Shown: positions 1 through 8,921, counted from the stretch's first letter. The stretch: DNA of 64,000 bases from an uncultured Mycoplasmatota bacterium (GCA_946413985.1 CAMKMS010000001.1:12317-76316); one strand, 5' to 3'. The notes: generated from the sequence alone by a model not told the origin. Made by a program: numbers and translations.

Positions 1-325
1 GCATTCCTTTAACAGCTCTTTCTACCATTTCTACTGGATATTTTTCTAACATTGTTTTAGCATTTCTTTCTCTTAATCCACCTGGATATCCACTATGATT
101 GTAATAAATCTTATCATTTAGTTTATTTCCAGTAAGTTTAACCTTATCAGCATTAATAATTATTACGTTATCACCACATGCAACATATGGAGTATAAGTT
201 GGTTTATGTTTTCCTTTAAGTACAGTAGCAGCTTTTTCAGCAACTTTACCTAAAACTTGACCTTCAGCGTCAATAACATACCACTTATGTGTAACGTCTT
301 CTTTTCTTAACATAAATGTTTTCAT
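1..325 (-). CDS. rplM: 50S ribosomal protein L13, C-terminal part runs off the window edge
   Basis: Not in the ORF track. Minus-strand translation from the ATG at 325 gives [58 protein letters not shown], typical of L13. An AGGAAGGA RBS lies 5 nt upstream. Confidence 0.9.
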   Translation of the reverse strand, partial: MKTFMLRKEDVTHKWYVIDAEGQVLGKVAEKAATVLKGKHKPTYTPYVACGDNVIIINADKVKLTGNKLNDKIYYNHSGYPGGLRERNAKTMLEKYPVEMVERAVKGM

Positions 326-448
326 ATTTAATTCCTTCCTAATTTCAATGCTATCATATTTGCAACTATGATATTTCTTTCCCACAGAAACTGCATCTCC
401 ATTAAAATGTACCGGAAATATTATATAAAAACAATTATTTAATGTCAA
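326..448 (-). promoter_or_regulatory. rplM promoter (TTGACA-17-TATAAT) plus ~95-nt leader with hairpin; possible L13 autoregulatory leader
   Basis: On the minus strand, TTGACA (448-443) and TATAAT (425-420) are separated by exactly 17 nt. The leader contains an ATCATA/TATGAT hairpin just before the RBS. The leader's function is inferred, not demonstrated. Confidence 0.5.
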
Positions 449-553
449 ACATTTTTTTATTATTTTATCTTTTTTTACATTTTATTTATTCCTATATTAT
501 TGACTTTAAAATAATATCATTATAAAATTAATTTATAATATGGAGGGGTTAAT

Positions 554-1591
554 ATGAAAAAAATACTTATTATTTTTTTAAGTATATGTTTTTTATTGAC
601 TGCATCTGCTTCAATAGTTGGCATTATTGAACATAATAAAAAAGATAATCCTGTTGAAAAGCCAACTAATACTCCTAGTAAGTTAGTTAAATATGAGTAT
701 TATTTTGAAAATGAAAAAATTGATGAGATGCCTAATAACAATGTTAATGGTGAAGTTAAATATATATTTGCGAAGTATACATGTACAAATAATTTAACTG
801 GTACATTTGATACTAATCTTTGGATTTTTACTCCAAGTGAAGATAAGGAAGCCGTATGTAGTTTGTATTTTGTAAAGAGTCAATATGAAGTTACTATTAC
901 TGCAACTAATGGAATAGTTCAAAATGATGATAATGGAAAATTTGTTGTTCCAAGAGAAAATGAAGGATCATTTAGTGTTATTCCAAATGAAGGATATAAA
1001 TATAAAAATGTGGTTTGTTCTAATAAAAATAAAGCATTATATGATATATCTTCTAAAACCTTAACAATTGATTCAGTTATGGAAGATATGGCATGCAAAG
1101 TAAATTTTGAAATCAAAAAATTTAAAGCAAAAATTAATGTTATTAATGGAACAGGAACAACTACAGAAATTCAAAAATATGGTGGAGATATTAGTGTTAT
1201 AGTAAAAGCAAAAGATGGTTATGAAAAACCAACAGTTAAATGTACTAACAATCAAAATGGTTCAATTAGAAACAACACATTAAATATTTATAAAATAACT
1301 GATAATACAACTTGCACAGTTACTTATAAAAAAATACCAATTGTTACACATGTATTAAAAATTAAACTTGGAAATAATTTGAATATAGTTGCTGGTACTT
1401 TAACACAAAAAATAAAAAATGGAACAGATGGTAAAATATCTATTAAACCAGATGATGGATATAGTGTATTAATAAGTTGTAATGTTAAACCAAGTAGTAC
1501 AGTAATAGATGAAGATGGAACAGTAAATTATACATTCTTAAATGTAACAAAAGATATTACTTGTAATGCTAGTGCTACACAAACAAATTAA
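554..1591 (+). CDS. Secreted protein with four tandem ~75-aa beta-rich repeats, each with a conserved Cys pair; function unknown
   Basis: N-terminal signal peptide (MKKILIIFLSICFLLTASA). Internal repeats carry a recurring ..GY(K/E/S)...C......(T/D).(T/A)C.V.(F/Y) pattern. GGAGGGG RBS. Confidence 0.6.
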   Translation: MKKILIIFLSICFLLTASASIVGIIEHNKKDNPVEKPTNTPSKLVKYEYYFENEKIDEMPNNNVNGEVKYIFAKYTCTNNLTGTFDTNLWIFTPSEDKEAVCSLYFVKSQYEVTITATNGIVQNDDNGKFVVPRENEGSFSVIPNEGYKYKNVVCSNKNKALYDISSKTLTIDSVMEDMACKVNFEIKKFKAKINVINGTGTTTEIQKYGGDISVIVKAKDGYEKPTVKCTNNQNGSIRNNTLNIYKITDNTTCTVTYKKIPIVTHVLKIKLGNNLNIVAGTLTQKIKNGTDGKISIKPDDGYSVLISCNVKPSSTVIDEDGTVNYTFLNVTKDITCNASATQTN

Positions 1592-1619
1592 AAGTTTTCA
1601 AATTTTGAAAACTTTTTTA
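1591..1619 (+). terminator. Rho-independent terminator
   Basis: AAAGTTTTC / GAAAACTTT stem followed by a T-run directly after the stop codon. Confidence 0.7.
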
Positions 1620-1664
1620 TTGCATTTAAATTACTAAAATGATAAATTATTTTTGGTGAAAAAG

Positions 1665-2645
1665 ATGTGGAAGATTGGTAATGTTGAAATACAAAATAGA
1701 ATAGTTTTTGCACCCATGGCAGGAATATCAAATGAAAGTTATAGAAGTATAATTAAATCTATGGGAGCAGGACTAATATATTCTGAAATGGTAAGTGATA
1801 AAGGAATTGTCTATAATAGTAAAAAAACACTAGATTTACTAAAAATAAATGATTCAGAGCGACCAATAAGTGTTCAAATATTTGGAAGTGATATTGATAG
1901 TTTTGTTAGTGCTGCTAAATTTGTTAATAATAATATAAAACCAGATATCTTAGATATAAATATGGGATGTCCAGTTCCAAAAGTAGCACTTAAATCACAA
2001 GCCGGTTCTGGTTTGCTTAAAAATCCAGAAAAAATATATGAAATAATTTCTAAAATAGTAAAAAATGTTCAAATACCAGTTACAGTAAAAATAAGAAGTG
2101 GTTGGGATGAAAATTCAATTAATTGTATTGAAGTAGCAAAAATAATTGAAAAAGCTGGTGCTAGCGCAATAGCAATTCATCCAAGAACAAGAAGCCAAGG
2201 ATATAGTGGTAATGCTGATTGGACTCTTATAAAAAAAGTAAAAGAAGCAGTTAATATTCCAGTTATAGGAAATGGTGATATAAAAACAATATATGATGCC
2301 AAAAGAATGCTTGAAGAAACTAACTGTGATGCAATAATGATAGCAAGAGCAACAATAGGTAATCCATGGTTTATAAAAGAATGTTTAGAGTACATTGAAA
2401 ACAATACTATTATTGAAAAACCATCATATAAAGATCGTATAGATATGATTATAAAACACTATAATCTTATAGAAAAAAATGAAGGACAAAGAAAAGCATT
2501 ATTAGATATTAAAACTCATGCTTTAGCATATTTAAAATTTATACCCGGAAGCAAAGAATTAAAAAATGAATTTGCTTTATGTAAAACAAAAGAAGAATTT
2601 GATAATTGTATCAAAAAGGCATATAATCTAATAAAAAATGATTAA
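1665..2645 (+). CDS. dusB: tRNA-dihydrouridine synthase (DusB family)
   Basis: FAPMAGISN and NMGCPVPKV (catalytic Cys) motifs, with TIM-barrel Dus layout. The ATG at 1665 is preferred over the TTG at 1653 because GGTGA lies 5 nt upstream of it. Confidence 0.88.
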   Translation: MWKIGNVEIQNRIVFAPMAGISNESYRSIIKSMGAGLIYSEMVSDKGIVYNSKKTLDLLKINDSERPISVQIFGSDIDSFVSAAKFVNNNIKPDILDINMGCPVPKVALKSQAGSGLLKNPEKIYEIISKIVKNVQIPVTVKIRSGWDENSINCIEVAKIIEKAGASAIAIHPRTRSQGYSGNADWTLIKKVKEAVNIPVIGNGDIKTIYDAKRMLEETNCDAIMIARATIGNPWFIKECLEYIENNTIIEKPSYKDRIDMIIKHYNLIEKNEGQRKALLDIKTHALAYLKFIPGSKELKNEFALCKTKEEFDNCIKKAYNLIKND

Positions 2646-2711
2646 AAATTAGGTATTTTATTGTATTGCCTAGTTTTTTTTTATATAATAAAGGTTAAGG
2701 AGGATTAGAAG

Positions 2712-4151
2712 ATGAAAAAGAAAACAGGATTATTTAAAATAATAATGTTTATATTGTTAGGAATGGTTTTATTATCATGGATATTCTCAGCTAGTTATTT
2801 CTACAATGGCGAATTAATGGATATGGAGATAAAAAATATTGGATTCTTTGATTATTTTTCATTAGTATTTGGATCATTTGAATTTGAATATTTTCTTCAA
2901 ACATTTATATTCATAATTTGTGTAGGTGCTTTCTATGGAGTACTAAATAAAACAGGAAAATATAGAGCATGGATTGAAAGAATAGCTAATAATTGTGCTG
3001 GAAGAGAATTTGCAATATTAATACTATCATCATTTATTATTGCAGTTATTACTGCTGTATTTGAATATGGATTCTTATTACTTATATTTATTCCATTTAT
3101 TATTAGTATTTTACTTGCACTAGGCTATGATAAAATTACAACTATAGTTGCTACTTTTGGTTCAATTTTAGTTGGAACTATTGGTAATTTAATGGGAGCT
3201 AATACAACTGGAGTAACTGCTAATATGTTAAGTATTAATCAAACAAGTGGTTTTTATTACAAATTAGCATTATTCATTGTATGTTTTGTAGCAGAAATGC
3301 TTTACTTATCAAGAGCAAAAAGAACTAAAAAAGTTGCTGACAACATAAATGATGATTTATTCATTGGAGAAAAAACTCCGAATAAACATTCAGCAACTGC
3401 TATCATAGTATTCTTTATACTTATTGCTGTATTAGTATTATTATCTTGCACTAATTGGACAGATTCATTTAATGTTAAATTCTTTACAAACCTACATACT
3501 AAGCTAACTGAATGGAGTATAAAACTTCCTTATATTCATTTTACAATTGATGGAGTTAAAACTGGAACAGAAAAAGTTGCAGTATTATCAAAAATACTTG
3601 GAACAGTTGGTGAATTTGGAAGTTGGTATTATGCTGAAATGTCAGTTGTATTATTAGTCTCTGCATTAATACTTGGAAAAATATATAAACTTGAAAATAC
3701 TTTTGATGCAATGGCAGAGGGTGTTAAAAAAATATTAAAACCTGCTTTAATGGTTATGTTATGTTTTACAGTAATATACTTTGCAGGTATGAATATGTTC
3801 TTCCCAACAATAGCAAAATTCATTCTTGGAATGAGTAGTAAATTTAGTGTAATAATTAGTTCTATTGTTACTGCAATAGGTTCTGTATTACATGTAGATG
3901 TATTATATGTAGCAAACTATATTACTCCACAAATTGCTGCAGTAGATGGAGCAAACAAGACTGTAGTTGCTTTAATGACACAAGCAATTTATGGTTGTAC
4001 AATGTTTGTTGCTCCAACAAGTATGTTTATTGCATTTGGATTAGCATATTTAAATGTTACATACAAAGAATGGATCAAAAAGACATGGAAACTATCAGTA
4101 TGTCTATTTGGAATTTCATTAATAGTATTATTACTTGCTAAATTTATTTAG
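2712..4151 (+). CDS. Polytopic membrane transporter, YfcC / DcuC-type anaerobic carrier-like
   Basis: 479 aa with more than 10 hydrophobic segments. The N-terminal region resembles YfcC-family proteins. Strong AAGGAGG RBS. The family call is from memory only. Confidence 0.5.
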   Translation: MKKKTGLFKIIMFILLGMVLLSWIFSASYFYNGELMDMEIKNIGFFDYFSLVFGSFEFEYFLQTFIFIICVGAFYGVLNKTGKYRAWIERIANNCAGREFAILILSSFIIAVITAVFEYGFLLLIFIPFIISILLALGYDKITTIVATFGSILVGTIGNLMGANTTGVTANMLSINQTSGFYYKLALFIVCFVAEMLYLSRAKRTKKVADNINDDLFIGEKTPNKHSATAIIVFFILIAVLVLLSCTNWTDSFNVKFFTNLHTKLTEWSIKLPYIHFTIDGVKTGTEKVAVLSKILGTVGEFGSWYYAEMSVVLLVSALILGKIYKLENTFDAMAEGVKKILKPALMVMLCFTVIYFAGMNMFFPTIAKFILGMSSKFSVIISSIVTAIGSVLHVDVLYVANYITPQIAAVDGANKTVVALMTQAIYGCTMFVAPTSMFIAFGLAYLNVTYKEWIKKTWKLSVCLFGISLIVLLLAKFI

Positions 4152-4160
4152 TAGCAAACT

Positions 4161-4190
4161 AAAAGAATGTATTAAATACATTCTTTTTTT
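4161..4190 (+). terminator. Rho-independent terminator
   Basis: AGAATGTA / TACATTCT stem followed by T7. Confidence 0.75.
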
Positions 4191-4215
4191 ATGATATAAT
4201 TTTAGTGGTGATATT

Positions 4216-4890
4216 ATGGAATTAATAGAAATTGTTTTAATTATTATAATTATATTTTTACCTTTGATAGCTCAAATTAAAGTTAAATCTTCATACAAAA
4301 AATATTCTAAAATAAAATGTAATAAAGATCTAAAAGGAAAAGATGTAGCTAGAATGATTTTAGATAGAAATGGGTTAAATAATATAAGCATAGAAGAGAT
4401 TAGTGGAACATTATCTGATCATTATAATCCAAAATCAAAAAGTATTAGTTTATCTACTTCTATTTATGAAGATAATTCTATTTCTTCTTTTGCTGTTGCT
4501 GCTCATGAATGCGGACATGCTATTCAAGATAAGGAAGCATATTCATATTTTAATTTAAGAAGTAGTTTAGTACCAATAGTAAATGTTACTTCAAAAATTT
4601 CTTCTATTTTTATTATTATTGGTTTTGTATCAGAATATGTTAATTTAATAGATATTGGCATTATATTATTATGTTGTGGATTGTTCTTTCAATTAGTTAC
4701 ACTTCCAGTTGAATTTAATGCTTCAAATAGAGCAAAAGTGCAATTACAAGAGTTAGGATTAATTTCTAAAAGTGAAACTACGGGAATTAAAAAAGTGCTT
4801 TTTGCAGCAGCATTAACTTATGTTGCTGGATTCTTATCACAAGCACTTCAAGTATTAAGACTTATATTGATATCGAGAAGAAGAAGATAA
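4216..4890 (+). CDS. Membrane zinc metallopeptidase, YugP-like (Zn_peptidase_2)
   Basis: HExxH motif (AAHECGHAIQ), an N-terminal TM segment and C-terminal TM segments. The length and layout match YugP-family proteins. Confidence 0.75.
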   Translation: MELIEIVLIIIIIFLPLIAQIKVKSSYKKYSKIKCNKDLKGKDVARMILDRNGLNNISIEEISGTLSDHYNPKSKSISLSTSIYEDNSISSFAVAAHECGHAIQDKEAYSYFNLRSSLVPIVNVTSKISSIFIIIGFVSEYVNLIDIGIILLCCGLFFQLVTLPVEFNASNRAKVQLQELGLISKSETTGIKKVLFAAALTYVAGFLSQALQVLRLILISRRRR

Positions 4891-4933
4891 TTCTTCTTTT
4901 TTTATTCAAAAAAAAAATAGTTCTTTCGAACTA

Positions 4934-5146
4934 TTATTTTGTATATGGAAGTAATGCCATATATCTAGCAATCTTAATTTGATTTGCAATATGTCTTTGA
5001 TGTTTAGCACATGCACCAGTCATTCTTCTTGGTAATATTTTACCTTTTTCATTTATATATTTTGATACAATAGCTACATCTTTATAATCTACTGTTTTAC
5101 CAGCACACATTTGACATACTTTTTTTCTTCTAAAAAATTCAGCCAT
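4934..5146 (-). CDS. rpsR: 30S ribosomal protein S18
   Basis: The sequence ..[26 protein letters not shown].. is typical of S18. It sits in the rpsF-ssb-rpsR operon order. Confidence 0.95.
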   Translation of the reverse strand: MAEFFRRKKVCQMCAGKTVDYKDVAIVSKYINEKGKILPRRMTGACAKHQRHIANQIKIARYMALLPYTK

Positions 5147-5160
5147 TCTTATTATCCTCC

Positions 5161-5631
5161 TTAAAATGGTAAATCATTATCACTTAGTGATACTTCTTTA
5201 TCATAATTTTCATATGGATCTGAAGTAGGAATATCATATTCTGGCATTTCATCAATTGGTGCTTCAGAAGGAGTATCAACATAATCATTATTTGATGGAG
5301 CAGAACTACTATCATTCTTTCCACCAACGAATTCTACATTTTCAACAACTACTTCTGTTACATATCTCTTACTACCATCTTGTGCATCATAATTTCTAGT
5401 TTGAACTCTTCCATCAAGACAAATCATATTACCTTTTTTGAAGAATTTAGATATAAAATCTGCAGTTTGTCTAAAAGCAACACAAGGTAAGAAATCAGCA
5501 TCATAGTTTCCTTCTTTATTTTTGAAATTTCTATTTACTGCTACAGTAAAGTTAACAGTATTAAAACCAGCACTTGTTGTTCTAACTTCAGGATCCTTTG
5601 TTAGTCTTCCAACTAATATAATCTTATTCAT
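5161..5631 (-). CDS. ssb: Single-stranded DNA-binding protein
   Basis: OB-fold N-terminus [15 protein letters not shown], an acidic disordered tail, and a C-terminus ending DNDLPF. Confidence 0.95.
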   Translation of the reverse strand: MNKIILVGRLTKDPEVRTTSAGFNTVNFTVAVNRNFKNKEGNYDADFLPCVAFRQTADFISKFFKKGNMICLDGRVQTRNYDAQDGSKRYVTEVVVENVEFVGGKNDSSSAPSNNDYVDTPSEAPIDEMPEYDIPTSDPYENYDKEVSLSDNDLPF

Positions 5632-5634
5632 TAA

Positions 5635-5922
5635 TTACTCCTCTTCTCTTATGACAATATGTCTTAAGATGTTTTCATCAATTTTAGCTTTTCTATCAAA
5701 TTCTTTAACTGCAGCAGCAGAAGCTTCAACATTAAGAACATAATAGTTGCCTCTTAATTGTTTTTTAATAGGATAAGCTAATTTCTTTTGTCCCATATCT
5801 TTAGTATTAATGATTTTAGCTTTCATATCAGTTAGTACTTTATTAAAAGCAGCAACTGTATCACTTTGAGTCTTTTCATCAATATCAGCTCTAACGATAA
5901 ACATTATTTCATATTTATTCAT
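5635..5922 (-). CDS. rpsF: 30S ribosomal protein S6
   Basis: MNKYEIMFIVRADIDE.. is typical of S6. The start was moved to the ATG at 5922, which has a GGAGGTG RBS. The ORF-track start at 5967 lacks one. Confidence 0.93.
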   Translation of the reverse strand: MNKYEIMFIVRADIDEKTQSDTVAAFNKVLTDMKAKIINTKDMGQKKLAYPIKKQLRGNYYVLNVEASAAAVKEFDRKAKIDENILRHIVIREEE

Positions 5923-5993
5923 TATCACACCTCCTTTTGGTCTAATCGGCTTCAATATATGAAGCAAGGAACTTTTCGTTCGAAGGTATTATA
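5923..5993 (-). promoter_or_regulatory. rpsF -10 element and short structured leader (possible S6:S18 autoregulatory leader)
   Basis: Minus-strand TATAAT at 5993-5988. A GCTTCA/TGAAGC hairpin lies at 5949-5965, upstream of the RBS. The regulatory role is inferred. Confidence 0.35.
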
Positions 5994-6070
5994 TCATAAT
6001 AAATTATAATAAACAACATTTTTTTATACTCTTTTCAATATAAAAAGACAATATTTAATATTATCTTTTT

Positions 6071-7795
6071 TTACATCTTATTTGGAATTTTAATAGCAAG
6101 TATATCAAGTAGTTGTTCACATGTATTATAAACCAGTTTAAGCATTGATAAATATGTATTTTTTTTATCTATATCACTTTCATTAATAATATTTGTTTCA
6201 CCATAAAACTTATTAAATAAACTACATATATCAAATAAGAATTCACAAATATAACTAAGCGTTTTTTCACTATAAGATTTATTTAATACTCTAGATAATT
6301 CTAATAACTTAATATAAATATCTTTTTCTGTATCACTATATATTTGTTTTATTTCAATATCATTAAGATTTGATTTATTTAAAATAGAATTAATTCTTAC
6401 CATAGTATATAAAATATATGGACCAGTTTTACCTTCAAAAGAGCAGAACTTTTCAATATCAAATATATAATCAGTTGTTCTTGTTGGAGACAAATCAGCA
6501 TATTTAACTGTAGCAACTGTTAATTTATCAAGAATATCATTTTTTTCTTCTTCATTATCATATTTATTCATCCTCTTAGTTAATTCTTCTTTAACTAGTG
6601 TTAATAATGAATTTAATTCTAAAACACCACCATCTCTTGTTTTAAATGGTTTTCCATCTTTACCATTCATTGTTCCAAAACCATAGTGATTTAAAGCACA
6701 TTCTTTTTTAACTAATCCTGACTTATATGATGCTCTAAAAACTTGTTCAAAATATAGAGATTGTCTACTATCAACTACATACCATATTTCATCAGGGTTA
6801 TATGTTTTTACTCTATTATATATTGTAGCTAAATCGCGAGTTGCATAAATTGACGCTCCGTCATTTTTTATTACTATTAAAGGAGGTACTTCTATCTTAT
6901 CATCATCTTTTTTAACATCTATAACTTTAGCTCCTTCTGATTCATACATATATGGGTCTAATACTTTTAATGTTGGCTCAATATATTTTAAAGAACTTAG
7001 TTCACCTTCCCATAATTCAAAATTACAATTTAAATAATTATATACATGCTTAATATCATTTCCAGATACTTCTACAATATCTTTCCACATACTAAAATAT
7101 GGTTCACGTCCTTCATCAACCCATGCAGTAATTTGTCTTACCTCTTCCATTCTATCTGGATTTTCTTTTGCATCTTTACTTGCTGTAGGATAATATACTG
7201 ATAATTCCTCTGGAGTAATATCTAATTTTGGATATTTACCTTTATAATTTGGATCAAAAAAACATAATTCTGGTTTTCTTCTTTTTATTTCTGAAATAAC
7301 CATTCCAGATTGACGTCCAAGGTCTCCAATATGAACATCTCCAATTACATTATTTCCAAGTACTTTAGCTAGTCTTTTTAATGATTCACCAATATTAGCA
7401 CTTCTCATATGACCAACATGTAATGCTTTAGCAGCATTAGCGCCACCATAATCAATAATAATTGTTTTCTTTTCTTGTTTATCAATTAATTCATCAAAAT
7501 TATCAATTGATTTATTCATTTTATCAAGTAATTTTTCTTTATTAATACTTACATTTATAAATCCTGGTCCAGCAATATTAACACTCTCAAATCTATCATC
7601 TAAATTATCAACAATATTTTGTGCTATTTCTCTAGGATTTTTTCCATATTTTTTTGCTAAATTCATAGCAACATTTATTTGAAATTCACCTAAATCACGT
7701 CTTGAAGAGGACTCCAAAACAACATTATCTAATTCATATCCTAAACTAGATAAAAGTTTTATTAGATATTCTTCTGTTTCACGAATAAAACTCAT
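6071..7795 (-). CDS. argS: Arginine--tRNA ligase
   Basis: Class I HIGH-type motif (ALHVGHMRS), with ArgRS N-terminal and anticodon-binding regions. The start was set to the ATG at 7795, which has a GGAGAGGTG RBS. Confidence 0.93.
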   Translation of the reverse strand: MSFIRETEEYLIKLLSSLGYELDNVVLESSSRRDLGEFQINVAMNLAKKYGKNPREIAQNIVDNLDDRFESVNIAGPGFINVSINKEKLLDKMNKSIDNFDELIDKQEKKTIIIDYGGANAAKALHVGHMRSANIGESLKRLAKVLGNNVIGDVHIGDLGRQSGMVISEIKRRKPELCFFDPNYKGKYPKLDITPEELSVYYPTASKDAKENPDRMEEVRQITAWVDEGREPYFSMWKDIVEVSGNDIKHVYNYLNCNFELWEGELSSLKYIEPTLKVLDPYMYESEGAKVIDVKKDDDKIEVPPLIVIKNDGASIYATRDLATIYNRVKTYNPDEIWYVVDSRQSLYFEQVFRASYKSGLVKKECALNHYGFGTMNGKDGKPFKTRDGGVLELNSLLTLVKEELTKRMNKYDNEEEKNDILDKLTVATVKYADLSPTRTTDYIFDIEKFCSFEGKTGPYILYTMVRINSILNKSNLNDIEIKQIYSDTEKDIYIKLLELSRVLNKSYSEKTLSYICEFLFDICSLFNKFYGETNIINESDIDKKNTYLSMLKLVYNTCEQLLDILAIKIPNKM

Positions 7796-7824
7796 ATATA
7801 AACACCTCTCCATTTCATACATAG

Positions 7825-7852
7825 ATTATAACACAAAGTAAACTTATTTCAA
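7825..7852 (-). promoter_or_regulatory. argS promoter (TTGAAA-16-TGtTATAAT)
   Basis: The minus strand has -35 TTGAAA (7852-7847) and an extended -10 TGTTATAAT (7833-7825), about 30 nt upstream of the argS start. This leaves no room for a T-box leader. Confidence 0.6.
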
Positions 7853-7867
7853 CAAATTTACCCTCTT

Positions 7868-7896
7868 TTGACATTTTTATATTTTTATGTTAATAT
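7868..7896 (+). promoter_or_regulatory. Near-consensus sigma-A promoter driving the large ncRNA
   Basis: TTGACA (7868-7873), a 17-nt spacer, then TAATAT (7891-7896) with TG at 7888-7889 (extended -10). Confidence 0.75.
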
Positions 7897-7902
7897 TATT
7901 AA

Positions 7903-8369
7903 GTGTGTGGAGCACTATGCTAGTCAAATTTTTCACTAGAAGGTGGGGCTAAAAATCCACTAATTGCGTAAAATGATACTTTATATATTATGCTTCTCTC
8001 GCCCAGATTGGGGCAAATGTATAATTTTAGATTTAAGGATATTATATAATGGCATATATAAAAATTCCTTTCATCACATCGGAGATTATGAAAGCGCATG
8101 TCGTGAGTGATTTATTGGGATATTAATATTGAAAAATAAATTGCAAAAGCGAATAAAAGTGAAATATATTTGTTTGGGAAAACCTCTAGCGTGTCCTTAT
8201 TATAAAGATTGAGGTGCGGACTAAGTGGTGATCGAGTGATCATACTGGCAACATATGATTTGTATCTTTAAAAAGAAATTGCCTAAAGGTAACTAAGGGT
8301 AGATATAAGAGAAATTCAACTCGACCAAAGCCGTAAAATTAATTTGTAATAATCCATACAGTTTTTTTT
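7903..8369 (+). ncRNA. Large (~460 nt) structured non-coding RNA; candidate OLE-like RNA or novel class
   Basis: No ORF, and visibly higher G/C than the surroundings. A terminal helix pairs 7904-7911 with 8353-8360, immediately before a U9 tract. Internal hairpins lie at 7920-7939, 7943-7960, 8001-8014, 8035-8070, 8229-8242 (GAGU loop) and 8247-8283. A 4-TM protein gene follows directly. The class assignment is unverified. Confidence 0.6.
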
Positions 8370-8382
8370 TAGGAGAAAATAA

Positions 8383-8907
8383 ATGAAAAATGATAACTGG
8401 ATTTTAAAAGCTTTTTTTTATACTTTTTTTGTAGCTATAATTTTTAATACTTTTTCAAATGTTATAATTAATAAATTTGATAATATAATTATATTAATAA
8501 TATTAACTATTTTATTTGTTTTTATTGGAATACTATTTGATGTAGTCGGAACTGCTGTATTAACAGCTGAAGAAGCAACATTTCATGCTAAAAGTACAAA
8601 GAAAATAAAAGGTGCTAAAGAAGGCGTATATTTAATAAAAAATGGAAGCACTATATCTTCCATTTGTAATGATGTAATTGGCGATATTTGTGGAATAGTA
8701 AGTGGTGCTCTATCAGCTATGATTGCAATTATACTATCAACAAAATTTAATATTTCACCAATAATAACAATTATTATTATTAGTTCAGTTATATCATCAC
8801 TAACTGTTGGTGGAAAAGCAATTGGTAAAAAAATGGCTATTAAAAATAGCGATGATATTATATTTTTAGTTTCTAAAATATTAAGTAAATTTAAAAGAAG
8901 TTGTTAA
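8383..8907 (+). CDS. Small 4-TM membrane protein, DUF21/CNNM-TM-like; OapA-like candidate
   Basis: 174 aa with four hydrophobic helices. A TAEEAT..KIKGAKEGVYLIKNGSTISSICNDVIGDICGIVSG segment resembles the DUF21 core. It carries a DxxxD motif (D97, D101). AGGAG RBS 7 nt upstream. Confidence 0.5.
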   Translation: MKNDNWILKAFFYTFFVAIIFNTFSNVIINKFDNIIILIILTILFVFIGILFDVVGTAVLTAEEATFHAKSTKKIKGAKEGVYLIKNGSTISSICNDVIGDICGIVSGALSAMIAIILSTKFNISPIITIIIISSVISSLTVGGKAIGKKMAIKNSDDIIFLVSKILSKFKRSC

Positions 8908-8921
8908 CAACTTCTTTTTTT
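8893..8921. terminator. Bidirectional terminator shared by the 4-TM gene and typA
   Basis: GAAGTTG-TTAA-CAACTTC palindrome flanked by A-run and T-run. Confidence 0.7.

Noticed and set aside
919-1255. Antisense ORFs 919-1116 and 1073-1255, and similar small opposite-strand ORFs in the track (2177-2404, 3629-3823, 5522-5743, 11562-11768, 15736-15921, 19860-20177, 20568-20786, 22665-22919, 26432-26686, 31536-31751, 39125-39316, 42430-42621, 43836-44069, 49629-49820, 51987-52187, 55206-55418, 59525-59731, 60715-60903)
   Set aside because: All lie inside well-supported genes on the other strand, lack RBSs, and have low-complexity Ile/Leu/Phe/Ser-rich translations typical of shadow ORFs in AT-rich DNA.
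7823-8340. T-box leader for argS on the minus strand
   Set aside because: The reverse complement has no T-box sequence (AGGGTGGTACCGCG-like) and no recognisable specifier or Stem I elements. argS has its own extended -10 promoter only about 30 nt upstream of its start. The structured region is instead preceded by a strong plus-strand promoter.
7903-8369. RNase P RNA, tmRNA, 6S RNA or M-box riboswitch identity for the structured RNA
   Set aside because: Neither strand has the GGAAAGUCC or ACAGAA..GGCUUA blocks of RNase P. There is no GGGG 5' end, tag ORF or T-arm/CCA 3' end for tmRNA. The SRP RNA is found elsewhere (41836). Resemblance to the M-box is limited to short strings (GAGGUGCGG, GCCUAAAGG) and the element is far longer than an M-box. 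I could not exclude a riboswitch embedded within it.
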